A stretch of 64,000 nt of DNA. Origin: Methanobacteriota archaeon (GTDB lineage Archaea; Thermoplasmatota; Thermoplasmata; SG8-5; JAGLSY01). Location of the stretch: contig JAEHCO010000002.1 of assembly GCA_020697715.1 (NCBI GenBank), positions 128,001 to 192,000 of the forward strand, read 5' to 3'. A program made the position numbers and the translations under genes. The notes under the pieces were generated by a model. It was not told the origin of the DNA. It did no database searches and saw only the letters and a list, made by a program, of their open reading frames with translations. Shown in pieces: positions 48,026-58,495 of the stretch. Within the stretch, counting starts at the first letter, position 1. Each line of letters begins with the position of its first letter.

Positions 48026-50590
48026 TTATCCCGATGGCGGTGGTGGATAGCTTGGAGGTTGATTCAATGGCTGTTGATACTGTTGCTGTTGTTGTTGCTG
48101 AGGCGGCTTCTTACGTGCGAAGGCAATACCTACAACTACCACTACAACTATTATTACCAGTAATATGATCCAGAGAAAGCTTGACGACTCATCATTGCTT
48201 ATGGCGGAGTCTTTTGGAGCTATGTCTTCAGTATCTGATACACCATCACCATCGTCATCCTCATCCTCATTGTCCCCTATACCATCACTATCTGTGTCAG
48301 TATCTTCATCAGGATCTAATGGGAAGTCATCTTTAGAATCTGGTGTTCCATCGTCATCGTCGTCATTATCTGCATTGTCTCCAATACCATCACTATCACT
48401 GTCTATAGTTTCATTTGAATCTAATGGGAAATCATCTTTAGAATCTAGAACCCCATCATCATCATCATCAGTATCTGCATTGTCACCAATGCCATCTTTA
48501 TCAGTATCAGTATCTTCATCAGGATCTAATGGGAACGCATCATTAGAATCAAATATTCCATCGTCATCGTCGTCATTATCCGCATTATTTCCTATACCAT
48601 CTAAATCCGAATCTAAAGATTCTAGTGGATCAAATGGAAATGCGTCAGTTAAATCAGGAACTCCATCATTGTCATCATCAGTATCCCTTTCATCCGGTAT
48701 TCCATCATTATCAAAATCAGGAGGTGGTGTAACATAGAAATATCCTGTAAAGAAACTTGTTGTGAATTTCCGATCTGTAATTGAGACACCATATGCAGAG
48801 AGATCAAGAAGATTAACTGTGTTGTTATAATGGCTCCATATGCTTGTATAACCATATTTTAAATCAAGACTTCCTGAAACCTCAACCATCGCTAAATGAA
48901 CCAGATATGGATACATGTCTGTAAGATGTCCAGAGTCTGTATAATTGACTGAAACTTCAATAGGACCTGTAAAGGACAGTGGACCGGTGGTGGTTGTATC
49001 ATCCCAGGTGCCATCGATTGGTGTATTTGAATCGTCCCAAATATAAGATGAAGTTGTTTTTTGATGAAGCCAGATCTCATCCATTATTAGCGTAGTCAAA
49101 TCAATATTGAACATCAGATCCATAGTTCTATCGAACTCCAGTCCCATCCAATCAGAAAACTGTTGACCTATTGACATTAAAGAAGACCATCCTGGCAATC
49201 CCGAATTGATTAAGGCATCGATATATGGTATTAAATCAATAGTGGCAACATTGAAACTAGTATCAATTTGGTGGACATCACCCAATGAGTCTGATGCAAT
49301 CAAATCATCAACTTCAACCATCACATTCCAAAAGTAAAATGTCGTTCCTTTGATTTCTATTGATGATTGATCCGGGTATTGCGGGTTTGTTGTTGGTATC
49401 GGTAAATCGAATGTCTTTACATTATCAAACGAATCTCCATAACCTAGAAAATTAATTTCAAAATGTGGCAATATTGAAATTATGTATTCATCATTTGAGG
49501 AATATAGACTATTTTCAATATCATAATAGTCATCCTTAAAATCTGTGACATCAACAATAAGGTCACCAACATGAGAAATTTCTACATCCACAACAAGAGA
49601 AATCCAAAACATAATTTCAAAAGGCCATGGTATATTTACATATTCTGTTGATATTTCAGGATATAATATTTTCGTGTAATCTGTAATTAATCCATAGGAA
49701 TCATATTCTGAATCAATTTCATTTGAGTTAATGTATTGGCTGTAAGCGAATTCAACAACATGAACTGTGGCTGAAACTGTTGATGAAGTAACTGTATCAT
49801 AAACTGTGAGTGATACTGAAAAGCTGCCTGTTTCTGTGTATATATTGTATCCAACATCATTTGAATCTCCATGACCATCTCCAAAATCCCATTCAAATGT
49901 TAAAGTATCTGCATTTGGATCAAAACATGATGCTGAAAGATATACTGGCTCATACTGTGAAACATATAAGTCTGATTTCCCAATTACTTCAATATCTCCC
50001 AATATAGGAGCAACATTCCAATTGAACAATTCTGCTTTGTAGATTATATAACAATCTTTTTCTGCTGATTGATTGTCATTTTCTCCATCATATGGGCCAA
50101 ATGTTATAGGCCCTGTTTTTAAAGATTGATAATCCAAGGTGTGACTGTATGAATAGCTACTAGCACTAGGTACATAATCAAGTTGATCATCATCCAAAAT
50201 GTCTTCATCCCAGACTGTGATTGAAAATTTAATGGATGAATAATTTCCTAAGAGAACGAAATCATAATAAAATGGATTTATCAGATCTGGACTGTCCTCA
50301 AATGTTTCACTGCGTATATCATTATCATAAGTTCCATCTGCGTCTTCATCAAGCTCAATACGGAAGTACGGGTCACCATAGAATAGAGGATCTCCAAGCC
50401 AAGAATCATCTAAATAATCATATAAATCTTCGGAATATTCAAGTATTGATATCCTCAGGTATGGAGACCAGTCATTCGATGCTTGAACATTATTTTCTAT
50501 AGGTATTGTTATTAAATTTAATAATAGAATTATTACACAAATGTAGGATATTTGTTTTGACTTCATCTCTTCCACCTCAAATATGTGCAA
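48026..50590 (-). CDS. Secreted membrane-anchored protein with C2-like, PKD and TSP3 repeats
   Basis: Signal peptide; GDPYF...VWDED; WDFGDG PKD; DxDxDGIGDNAD repeats; TM plus Q/P tail. Confidence 0.75.
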   Translation of the reverse strand: MHIFEVEEMKSKQISYICVIILLLNLITIPIENNVQASNDWSPYLRISILEYSEDLYDYLDDSWLGDPLFYGDPYFRIELDEDADGTYDNDIRSETFEDSPDLINPFYYDFVLLGNYSSIKFSITVWDEDILDDDQLDYVPSASSYSYSHTLDYQSLKTGPITFGPYDGENDNQSAEKDCYIIYKAELFNWNVAPILGDIEVIGKSDLYVSQYEPVYLSASCFDPNADTLTFEWDFGDGHGDSNDVGYNIYTETGSFSVSLTVYDTVTSSTVSATVHVVEFAYSQYINSNEIDSEYDSYGLITDYTKILYPEISTEYVNIPWPFEIMFWISLVVDVEISHVGDLIVDVTDFKDDYYDIENSLYSSNDEYIISILPHFEINFLGYGDSFDNVKTFDLPIPTTNPQYPDQSSIEIKGTTFYFWNVMVEVDDLIASDSLGDVHQIDTSFNVATIDLIPYIDALINSGLPGWSSLMSIGQQFSDWMGLEFDRTMDLMFNIDLTTLIMDEIWLHQKTTSSYIWDDSNTPIDGTWDDTTTTGPLSFTGPIEVSVNYTDSGHLTDMYPYLVHLAMVEVSGSLDLKYGYTSIWSHYNNTVNLLDLSAYGVSITDRKFTTSFFTGYFYVTPPPDFDNDGIPDERDTDDDNDGVPDLTDAFPFDPLESLDSDLDGIGNNADNDDDDDGIFDSNDAFPLDPDEDTDTDKDGIGDNADTDDDDDGVLDSKDDFPLDSNETIDSDSDGIGDNADNDDDDDGTPDSKDDFPLDPDEDTDTDSDGIGDNEDEDDDGDGVSDTEDIAPKDSAISNDESSSFLWIILLVIIVVVVVVGIAFARKKPPQQQQQQQYQQPLNQPPSYPPPPSG

Positions 50591-50630
50591 TGCGATCCCC
50601 TTATTTTAGGGTTTGGAATGAATCCCCGCC

Positions 50631-52262
50631 CTAAACAACCCCAATCCAGTTAAGCGCCAGCACGACAAAAGTGCAAACAAACACAGCCGGCACCGTGACA
50701 ATTATACCGATCTTCGCCAGCTGTTTCGCTGTTATATGTCCCGACGAATAGATCAGAGTGATCGGCGGAGTTCCTATCGGCGTTATGAAAGATAATGAAA
50801 GAACTAGAGCGACTGGCAGAACCATGATCCTCATGTCCTCGCCCATGGCATTCGCAAATGCCATCAATATCGGGATGAATATCGCCGCACTGGCCGTGTT
50901 ACTCAGGAAATTGGATATCCCGACCACGACAAAAGCTATCAGCAGTATGATGACCAGGACCGGCATGCCGAAGAACACGTCGAATAGGCCGGATGTGATC
51001 CACTCTGCGGCCCCTGTCTTGACAATGGCGTCTCCAAGTGCCAGGCCGGCTCCGATTATCAAGAACACTCCCCAGGGCACGATCCTCGCATCCTCCCATT
51101 TCATTGTTCCCGTGACAAACAATGCGACAGTCGCGAGAAGACTGACTATCGCGGAGCTCATGAAGCTGGATGGGAAGCCGAACAATTCGCCAATACTGGC
51201 CCCGGAAACCCAGAAGACGATGGTGAAAGCGAAGACAGTGAGTGTCTTTTTCTCGCCACCGGACATCGGACCCAGTGAATGATATCCTTCTTTCAATGAA
51301 TCGATGTTCACTGTAACTTCTGGAATTGGAATCACTTTGAGAATTATCTTCCAGGTCATGAAGAGTAATATGAAAGAAGTTGGAATTCCGATCATCATCC
51401 AGTCGATGAAGGTCCAGGAACCCTGCTCGGCGAAGATCGCGGAAGCCACAGCATTTGGAGCGGAGCCAATGACCGTGCCCAGGCCGCCGATGACAGCTGC
51501 GAAACCAATTCCCAGGAGCAGGATCGTGGTCAGGCGCTTGGAACTCTCTTTATCATCCACAGTGGCGGAAAGGCTTATGGCGAAGGGAGCCAGCAAAGCC
51601 ACGGTCGCGGTATTGGATATCCACATCGACAGGATGGCGGACACCAGCATCATGGATAGTAATAATTTATCGATCTTGCCCTCGGACTTGATCAGGAAGG
51701 GATATAACATCCTCTTGTCGAAGCCCGTCTTGTGAACAGCTCCTGCGAGCATCACGCCCCCCAGCAATAGATAGACAACTGGATTGGCAAATGGTAAAAG
51801 AGCCTCACTGGTCTCGAAGATCCCGAAAGCCGTTAGAAGAACTGGCACCAATAAAGCGGTGACGGGTAGAGGTATGGCTTCCGTGGTCCAGAGCAGGGCG
51901 ACCCCGACGAATATCGCGAGGGACATGTGGGCTTTGTAACTGATACCCAGAGGAAGTAATGCGAATATGGTGAATCCGGCCAGTGCCAGCAACAACTTCC
52001 AGGAATTCCTGGCAGGCGCGGACATCTTGTTCAGGAACTTGAATACTGAAAAGGGCTTGACACTGTAGATCAGATGAAAATGATGGCCGCCTTTGGACCT
52101 ATTCAATAAATGAAAATGTCCATCCTTTTCCCGATGTGGTATATGGGGCAAATGGAGATGATGCTCCTTGGGCTTGTCCCCATCAGGTATGGAAGATCGA
52201 TCGGTCTGAGACTCTTTGTCCATCTCCTCATCTATCCCATCCATGCGTACCTGTATTGTCAA
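50631..52262 (-). CDS. DASS/SLC13 anion:sodium symporter
   Basis: LWTTEAIPLPVTALL, ISNTAT, GSAPNA, SNTASAA, GTPP; start may lie further downstream. Confidence 0.9.
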   Translation of the reverse strand: MTIQVRMDGIDEEMDKESQTDRSSIPDGDKPKEHHLHLPHIPHREKDGHFHLLNRSKGGHHFHLIYSVKPFSVFKFLNKMSAPARNSWKLLLALAGFTIFALLPLGISYKAHMSLAIFVGVALLWTTEAIPLPVTALLVPVLLTAFGIFETSEALLPFANPVVYLLLGGVMLAGAVHKTGFDKRMLYPFLIKSEGKIDKLLLSMMLVSAILSMWISNTATVALLAPFAISLSATVDDKESSKRLTTILLLGIGFAAVIGGLGTVIGSAPNAVASAIFAEQGSWTFIDWMMIGIPTSFILLFMTWKIILKVIPIPEVTVNIDSLKEGYHSLGPMSGGEKKTLTVFAFTIVFWVSGASIGELFGFPSSFMSSAIVSLLATVALFVTGTMKWEDARIVPWGVFLIIGAGLALGDAIVKTGAAEWITSGLFDVFFGMPVLVIILLIAFVVVGISNFLSNTASAAIFIPILMAFANAMGEDMRIMVLPVALVLSLSFITPIGTPPITLIYSSGHITAKQLAKIGIIVTVPAVFVCTFVVLALNWIGVV

Positions 52263-52282
52263 GCAACTAAATAAAATATGAC

Positions 52283-52298
52283 TTCAATAATTATTGAA
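52283..52298. promoter_or_regulatory. Palindromic operator TTCAA-N6-TTGAA
   Basis: Perfect palindrome ttcaataattattgaa beside a TATA-like tract upstream of the MFS gene. Confidence 0.7.
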
Positions 52299-52371
52299 CT
52301 ATTGATACAATATATAAGTCAATTAGTTATTACCCATGTATACGATATAATAAAAAGGAAGGATAAGCGAC

Positions 52372-53751
52372 GTGACAGAGAAAGAGGATACTGGCAATAA
52401 GAAGGGCATGAGGACCTTCACCATGGTGTGGTTTGGGCAGATGGCCTCCATGCTGGGTTCGTCAATGACCATGTTCGGTCTTATGATCTGGGCATGGGAG
52501 AAGACAGGGGTGGCGACAGCCCTGGCTCTTATCGGTTTCTTTGGGTTCGCACCAGCTATTCTGATGACTCCGATAGCAGGTCATTTCGTAGATCGCTGGA
52601 ATAGGAAATTGACAATGATCTTCAGTGACCTGGCTGGTGGCTTGGGCACGGTCATGATATTCATCCTCTACAATGCGGATGTTCTGGAGATCTGGCACCT
52701 TTATGTGATCGCGGCCTTCATAGGTGTATTCACTTCCTTCCAGTTCCCGGCCTATTCAGCAGCAGTGACCATGATGATAAACAAGGAAAATTATGGACGA
52801 GCAACGGCGATGCTGGGCATCGCCCGTTCTGTAGCCAGTATATTCGGACCCATATCCGCTGCTTTCTTCATCGTGTTCATCGGGATAAAAGGCATAATGA
52901 TGATAGACATTGTAACTTTCTGCCTGGCCATCAGCATATTGATATTCGTCAAGATACCACAGCCGGAGATGGCGAAGGACATAGGCACTGGGGTAAAAGG
53001 GGTCTTCAAGGACGCGTTTTATGGTTTCAAGTACATCTTCAAAAGAAAGCCCTTGTTCGGACTCCAGATGACGTATTTCACGACCAATTTCTTCAGCAAT
53101 ATGAGCATGATCCTTCTGGCTCCCATGATACTCGCGGTAACAGCCAGCAATGAGATCTCACTTGCCTCGGTCATGGCGAGTGCGGGTATAGGAGGCTTGG
53201 CTGGTGGGATAACCATGACGGTCTGGGGTGGTTCTAAAGAAAGGAAGATACTCGTGATCATGAGCGTGATCGCCATCGAGGGCACGTGCCAGATGTTCTT
53301 CGGCTTGGGATCCGAGGTCATCGTGTGGTCGATCGTGGGATTCATTCTTGGCTTTTCAGGGCCCTTCGTGATGGGGTCGAGCCAGGCCATCTGGCAATCC
53401 AAGGTCGAGCCCAATAAACAAGGTCGGGTCTTCGCCGCGAGGGGCTTCATCGCCATGGGTGCGGGAGCTGTTAGCATGGCGATCGCGGGACCACTGGCAG
53501 ATCATGTGTTCGAGCCTTCAATGACAGGCGGTGGATTCCTTGGAGAGACATTCGGCTGGCTGCTGGGTATTGATCCAGGATCCGGAATGCGGCTCATGTT
53601 CCTACTTTGCGGTATGGGATCCTTCCTCACGGCCATCACCGCTTACAGCATAAAGAGGGTGAGGAATTTGGAGACGCTTGTTCCGGATTTTGATGAATTG
53701 GAAAAAGACTCAGATATTGACATAAAAGATGATGAGCCAGCTCCTGTTTAA
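52372..53751 (+). CDS. MFS transporter (MefA/DHA3-like)
   Basis: WFGQMASMLGS, GHFVDRWNRK, QGRVFAAR; ~12 TM. Confidence 0.9.
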   Translation: MTEKEDTGNKKGMRTFTMVWFGQMASMLGSSMTMFGLMIWAWEKTGVATALALIGFFGFAPAILMTPIAGHFVDRWNRKLTMIFSDLAGGLGTVMIFILYNADVLEIWHLYVIAAFIGVFTSFQFPAYSAAVTMMINKENYGRATAMLGIARSVASIFGPISAAFFIVFIGIKGIMMIDIVTFCLAISILIFVKIPQPEMAKDIGTGVKGVFKDAFYGFKYIFKRKPLFGLQMTYFTTNFFSNMSMILLAPMILAVTASNEISLASVMASAGIGGLAGGITMTVWGGSKERKILVIMSVIAIEGTCQMFFGLGSEVIVWSIVGFILGFSGPFVMGSSQAIWQSKVEPNKQGRVFAARGFIAMGAGAVSMAIAGPLADHVFEPSMTGGGFLGETFGWLLGIDPGSGMRLMFLLCGMGSFLTAITAYSIKRVRNLETLVPDFDELEKDSDIDIKDDEPAPV

Positions 53752-53757
53752 GATAAC

Positions 53758-53790
53758 TTCAAGTATTATTGAACTTCAAGGATATTTGAA
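53758..53790. promoter_or_regulatory. Two tandem TTCAA-N6-TTGAA operators upstream of the ArsR gene
   Basis: ttcaagtattattgaa (53758) and ttcaaggatatttgaa (53775). Confidence 0.7.
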
Positions 53791-53850
53791 CAAGTCCAGG
53801 CTGTTAAATACACTTAAATCCATATACAACATTGTCGAGGAACGATAAAG

Positions 53851-54147
53851 ATGAGCAAGGAATTTGACTATGACTCCTGGCAGGCGAAAATGATCGCCCT
53901 TGAGCTGGCCAACGAGGTTGGCAGAGCCATTCTTAAAAGCCTTGCTGAAGATCCGAAGACCGCGAGCCAGTTATCCAAAGCATTGGAGATCCCATTGCCA
54001 ACGATACTGTTCCACATATCCCGGCTGGAAGAAGCCGGGGTCGTGATATCCAAAAAAGCACTTGGTAAGCGCTTGCGGGAAGTAAAGGTGTATAGCGTAC
54101 CCTCGACCCAGATAGTATTCAATATAGGGAGTGATGAAAATGGATAA
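53851..54147 (+). CDS. ArsR-family winged-HTH regulator
   Basis: LANEVGRAILKSL...TASQLSKALEIPLPTILFHISRLEEAGVV. Confidence 0.85.
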   Translation: MSKEFDYDSWQAKMIALELANEVGRAILKSLAEDPKTASQLSKALEIPLPTILFHISRLEEAGVVISKKALGKRLREVKVYSVPSTQIVFNIGSDENG

Positions 54148-55075
54148 AAAGGAGATTAAAAAACTGGAAAAGGAGCGCGAGAAGCTCGAGGAAGCAAGAG
54201 AAAAGCTCGAGGAAGAAAGGGCAAGACTTGAGGAAGAACATGAGCGCATGGAAGCAGAGCATGAAAGAATGGAAGCAGAGCATGAAAGAATGGAAGCAGA
54301 ACGACAGCGCATGCATGATCATGAAGAGCACGAAGGCCATGATGAAAAAGGACACCGCCAAAAGAGAGTGGTGACTAATAGGAAAGACCTCACTCCAGAA
54401 GAGCAAAAGAAACTGGATGAAGGCCTGAAGAAGATGGATGAAGGCCTGAAGAGGATGAACGAAGAGCTGAAGAAAATAGATTTCGGCTCGCTCAATATGG
54501 ACAAGTTCCATGAACAGATGGACAAGGCTCAGATCAAGATAGATCTGGCAATGGACGGTATCGATGAAAAGATAGAGAACTCGATATCTGGCATTGATCC
54601 CGATCTCAATAACATTGACATTCGAATTGAAAAGGTGACGAAGAACGTCGGTATCCTGAACCTTCAAAACATAACCCTGGAAGAACTGGAACAGATGGGT
54701 GAGATCAGGAACACTGGTGTCATAATCGCACCCGAGGAACTGATTGGCAAGATCTCGGCCAAGATAACCAAGAATGTTGGGACCATCGTTCCCTACAGGA
54801 AGGGATGGAGATTGTACTCGGGATGCACAGAGATAGACAATTCAATGTTGGAAGCACTGGATGAGCCAATAGAGTTCATACAGACTGGACATCTGGAATT
54901 CAATGACGATGTCAAAGCCAAGGTATTGAAGGAGAAGATAAAGGCCTTCAATAACTATGGGGCCATTATAGCTCCAGATGATGTCTACGGAACCCTGATG
55001 GCCAAGTGCCTGGAGAACAGTGGGCACATCGGCAAGAAGAGCGATGAAGAAGACGACGATGATGACGAAGATTGA
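54131..55075 (+). CDS. Coiled-coil/His-rich hypothetical protein with NxGxI repeat C-terminal domain
   Basis: EHERMEA repeats (21-bp tandem at 54248-54300); overlaps the ArsR gene end. Confidence 0.65.
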   Translation: MMKMDKKEIKKLEKEREKLEEAREKLEEERARLEEEHERMEAEHERMEAEHERMEAERQRMHDHEEHEGHDEKGHRQKRVVTNRKDLTPEEQKKLDEGLKKMDEGLKRMNEELKKIDFGSLNMDKFHEQMDKAQIKIDLAMDGIDEKIENSISGIDPDLNNIDIRIEKVTKNVGILNLQNITLEELEQMGEIRNTGVIIAPEELIGKISAKITKNVGTIVPYRKGWRLYSGCTEIDNSMLEALDEPIEFIQTGHLEFNDDVKAKVLKEKIKAFNNYGAIIAPDDVYGTLMAKCLENSGHIGKKSDEEDDDDDED

Positions 55076-55090
55076 TCGTCGAAAAGAAAG

Positions 55091-55168
55091 ACAGAGGCCT
55101 TGTGCGTGGCCTCTGTTCCTGTAATAGGCAGGGAGCCCTACCTCCGGCTCCCTTGTCTCCTATTTTTT
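55091..55168 (+). terminator. Double hairpin plus T-tract
   Basis: acagaggcc/ggcctctgt and agggagcc/ggctccct stems followed by a T run. Confidence 0.55.
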
Positions 55169-55239
55169 AAACAAGAACTGAAAATATGCAAAAAACCTTA
55201 TACCGCGGTTTACCATGACCAGGACTTAGGGGCGAAAAA

Positions 55240-56523
55240 TTGAATTGGCTCGGCATATTACTGATATTCTGCTCATTCATAGCACTGGCCCATTTTATTT
55301 TCATAATGAAGTATGCGGTCAAGACAGAGCTGGTGGCCACGACCGCTTTTTTCATCCTGCTGATGTCAATAGGCCTCTTCTCGTGGGCCATGATGACCAC
55401 ATTGCAAGGCACGCAGGGCTATGACCCCTGGCTTAACATATCATACCTTTGCTCCCTCATCGCTTTTCCACTTTTGATCTACATATTCATCCAAAGGGCG
55501 GATAGCCAGTCCTTCGTCGTGACAGAGGTCAAGGGCAGGGTCCTGCTATTCTTTCCAGTGATGGTTCAGCTTTTCACGCATTACCTTCTTCCAGATGGGC
55601 CATCCAGGTTCTTCGACACTGCATTTCTCATGATCTGGCTGGGCCTGACCCTGATGATCTGGCAAAGATTATACAAAAAGACCATCAATCATTCATCCGA
55701 CATAATGAGGAATCAGATGGAGTTCATGCTCTCCACCTTCTTCGTGGTCCTGATATACGATCTGGTCATCATCTTCCTGATACTTTCGCCGGACGGCATT
55801 GTGGAGTTCGGTTTCTTCTACGCTGTCGGCCTCACAGCAGCCCTTCTGAACACCGCCAGGGGCATTATAAAATACCAGCTGGTCTCCGGCATCGAGGTCT
55901 TTTTCAGGCGCGGGCTCATACTTATGGCCCGGGCGATCATGACCGTGACCATCTTCATCATCTCCGAGGTCGCAATCCTGTCCTTCATTCCGGAGGTGAC
56001 AGAGAACATCCATATCATGGTCAGTGCCATCATACTGGTGGTGATAGTATTGTCCATCAACACGATCAATAATTTCTGCACGGACATTGTGGAATGGATG
56101 TCTCCGGAGCTCAAGTGGAGGGAATCACAGATAAAGGAGATCTTCGTCATACTGGACAATGGATTGGTAGTTGCCCATTCCAGCCATTATTCCGCCGAGG
56201 AGAACATTGACAAGGATCTTGTCGGGGGTATGCTGGCAGCCATCCAGAACTTCCTGACGGAGGCTTTTGACGCCTCCGAGAAAGAGACATTGAAATCTCT
56301 AAGGATGGGAGATCTGAGCATGCTGCTGGAACATCACGAGGATATTTCCATCGTGATATTGTTCACAGGCTTCGAGGCCAGGGAGCTGAGGTCCGATATC
56401 AAGGACCTGTCCAGAAGGATACATGATGGATATGATGACATAATCAAGATATGGGACGGCACCATGTCAAAGATGTCAGGTGTCCAGTCCATCATTGATG
56501 AATTCATGGGCAGTAGCGAGTGA
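55240..56523 (+). CDS. Multi-TM membrane protein with C-terminal roadblock/longin-like domain
   Basis: ~9 TM then IKEIFVILDNGLVVAH...DKDLVGGMLAAIQNFLTEAF...LKSLRMG. Confidence 0.7.
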   Translation: MNWLGILLIFCSFIALAHFIFIMKYAVKTELVATTAFFILLMSIGLFSWAMMTTLQGTQGYDPWLNISYLCSLIAFPLLIYIFIQRADSQSFVVTEVKGRVLLFFPVMVQLFTHYLLPDGPSRFFDTAFLMIWLGLTLMIWQRLYKKTINHSSDIMRNQMEFMLSTFFVVLIYDLVIIFLILSPDGIVEFGFFYAVGLTAALLNTARGIIKYQLVSGIEVFFRRGLILMARAIMTVTIFIISEVAILSFIPEVTENIHIMVSAIILVVIVLSINTINNFCTDIVEWMSPELKWRESQIKEIFVILDNGLVVAHSSHYSAEENIDKDLVGGMLAAIQNFLTEAFDASEKETLKSLRMGDLSMLLEHHEDISIVILFTGFEARELRSDIKDLSRRIHDGYDDIIKIWDGTMSKMSGVQSIIDEFMGSSE

Positions 56524-56661
56524 TCCATTATCATTCATAGAAAAGACCAGCCAAATATCAATTGTATTTCTTCGACCCGCGACCTTAACATCATTAATCA
56601 TATACCATTCAATAGCATATAATTTTTATATCAATAATCTGATGGGGGTCATGGGAGATCA

Positions 56662-57567
56662 ATGGGCAATAGGGAAATAATAATCAAGAAGATAGTTTTG
56701 CTTGGAGACTCGTCAGTTGGTAAGACCAGTCTTATCAGACGTTTTGTTCAAGACCAGTTCGATGATGATTATATCAGTACCATCGGAGCCAAGGTATCCA
56801 AGAAGGTCGTGCCCGTTGATTTCGAAGGTGGGGAATACGATGTCAAAATAATGGTCTGGGATATAATTGGCAGTAAGGGATACCTATCCACCCAATCCAA
56901 GCATATCGCGGGGGCTGATGGTGCCATCCTCGTGGTGGACCTGACCAAGCCCGAGTCCCTGGACAGTATTGAAAAATACTGGATACCCCTTCTAAGGGAT
57001 GTTACAGGCGGTATCTTGCCGTCCATTCTTTTTGCAGGTAATAAGAAAGATCTTATTACAAATCAGGAAGAGATCGATACGATGACACAGCTCTTCAAGG
57101 GATTGGAAACAAAATACTGTGATGATATTGAGAATCGGGCAGATGTGGGGTATACCAGCTCATTATTGACAAGTGCCAAGACCGGGGAGAATGTGGGCGA
57201 TGGTTTCCATAACCTGGTCGTCAGCATGTTGGCCGTGAATCCCGAGCTCGACCCAATGCACAGGCAGATCGGGGTTGCCAAGGCAAAGAGCATATACGAG
57301 ACCGATGAGAGGAAGACCACTAAATCCGTAATGGATCTCATCGTTGTCGATCTGCCACACCTTGTCAAGGCCACCAGTAAGTCCACGGTGATCCTGGAAG
57401 ATTGCATCGCCAAGCTGGGCTTTTCAAAGGACCTGCCCAAACCAAAAGAAGTGCGTAATTTCATTGATTGTGTATTATTCTCGGCTTCCAAGGCGGGAGC
57501 CAGTAAGGAAGAGATCGAGGAATATAGGAAAAAGTGGATGAAGCCCCTGTCTAAAATGGGATTATAA
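56662..57567 (+). CDS. Ras-superfamily (Rab/Roc-like) small GTPase with C-terminal helical domain
   Basis: G1 GDSSVGKTS, G2 YISTIG, G3 WDIIG, G4 NKKD, G5 TSAKTG. Confidence 0.88.
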   Translation: MGNREIIIKKIVLLGDSSVGKTSLIRRFVQDQFDDDYISTIGAKVSKKVVPVDFEGGEYDVKIMVWDIIGSKGYLSTQSKHIAGADGAILVVDLTKPESLDSIEKYWIPLLRDVTGGILPSILFAGNKKDLITNQEEIDTMTQLFKGLETKYCDDIENRADVGYTSSLLTSAKTGENVGDGFHNLVVSMLAVNPELDPMHRQIGVAKAKSIYETDERKTTKSVMDLIVVDLPHLVKATSKSTVILEDCIAKLGFSKDLPKPKEVRNFIDCVLFSASKAGASKEEIEEYRKKWMKPLSKMGL

Positions 57568-57580
57568 TGGAGATTAAATT

Positions 57581-58483
57581 ATGCCAGTTGATGAAACTAT
57601 TCTAAAGAAAGTGGTATTGCTCGGCGAGTCCGCCGTGGGCAAGACCAGTTTGATAAGAAGATTCGTGCATGACCAGTTCGATGATGATTATATCAGCACT
57701 ATCGGGGCCAAGGTCTCCAAGAAGGTGGTGCCAGTTGATATACTGGATCAAAATATAGATGTTAAGCTGATGGTTTGGGATATCATCGGTAGCCAGGGAT
57801 ACGAATCCACTCAATCCCGGCATATAGCGGGGCTCAATGGCGCGATACTTGTCGTGGACCTTACAAGACCCGAGACCGTGAAGATCATGGAAGAATATTG
57901 GTTGCCATTGCTTTCCGAAGTGTCTGGCGGAGTTCTTCCCACCGTGCTATTCGTTGGCAATAAGATGGATCTGGTATCCGACAAGGAAGATATCAAGGAC
58001 ATGGTCCAGAACCTGAAAGACCTGGAATCCAAATACTGCAAGAACCTCGACCTGAGAGCTAAGAGCGGGTGTGGAGGCTGGCTACTCACAAGTGCCAAGA
58101 CCGGGGATAATGTCGAGAGGGGCTTTGAGAGCCTGATCCGTGGAATGGTGGCCGAGCATCCGTCATTCGATCCACTTAATAGGCAAATGGAAGAGGTCGT
58201 CGCAGAGGGAATTTACATGGTATCGGACCGCGAGACCACGCGCTCTGTTATGGATCTTATCGTGATAGACATGCCATTTATCATGATGTCCACCAGTAAG
58301 TCCACCCAGATACTGCAGGAAGCGATCGTGGAACTCGGTTTCTCCAAGGACAGACCAACTCCGCAGAATGTTCGTGATTTCATTGATCTTGTTCTGAAGA
58401 TGGCAGCCGACGCAGGAGCCAAGCCAGAAACAATAGAACAATATAGAAAAACGTGGCTGGAAGAGGTTGCGAAGTTCGGATAA
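57581..58483 (+). CDS. Second Ras-superfamily small GTPase, tandem paralog
   Basis: GESAVGKTS, YISTIG, WDIIG, NKMD, TSAKTG; colinear with the previous gene. Confidence 0.88.
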   Translation: MPVDETILKKVVLLGESAVGKTSLIRRFVHDQFDDDYISTIGAKVSKKVVPVDILDQNIDVKLMVWDIIGSQGYESTQSRHIAGLNGAILVVDLTRPETVKIMEEYWLPLLSEVSGGVLPTVLFVGNKMDLVSDKEDIKDMVQNLKDLESKYCKNLDLRAKSGCGGWLLTSAKTGDNVERGFESLIRGMVAEHPSFDPLNRQMEEVVAEGIYMVSDRETTRSVMDLIVIDMPFIMMSTSKSTQILQEAIVELGFSKDRPTPQNVRDFIDLVLKMAADAGAKPETIEQYRKTWLEEVAKFG

Positions 58484-58495
58484 TGAATTATAAAA

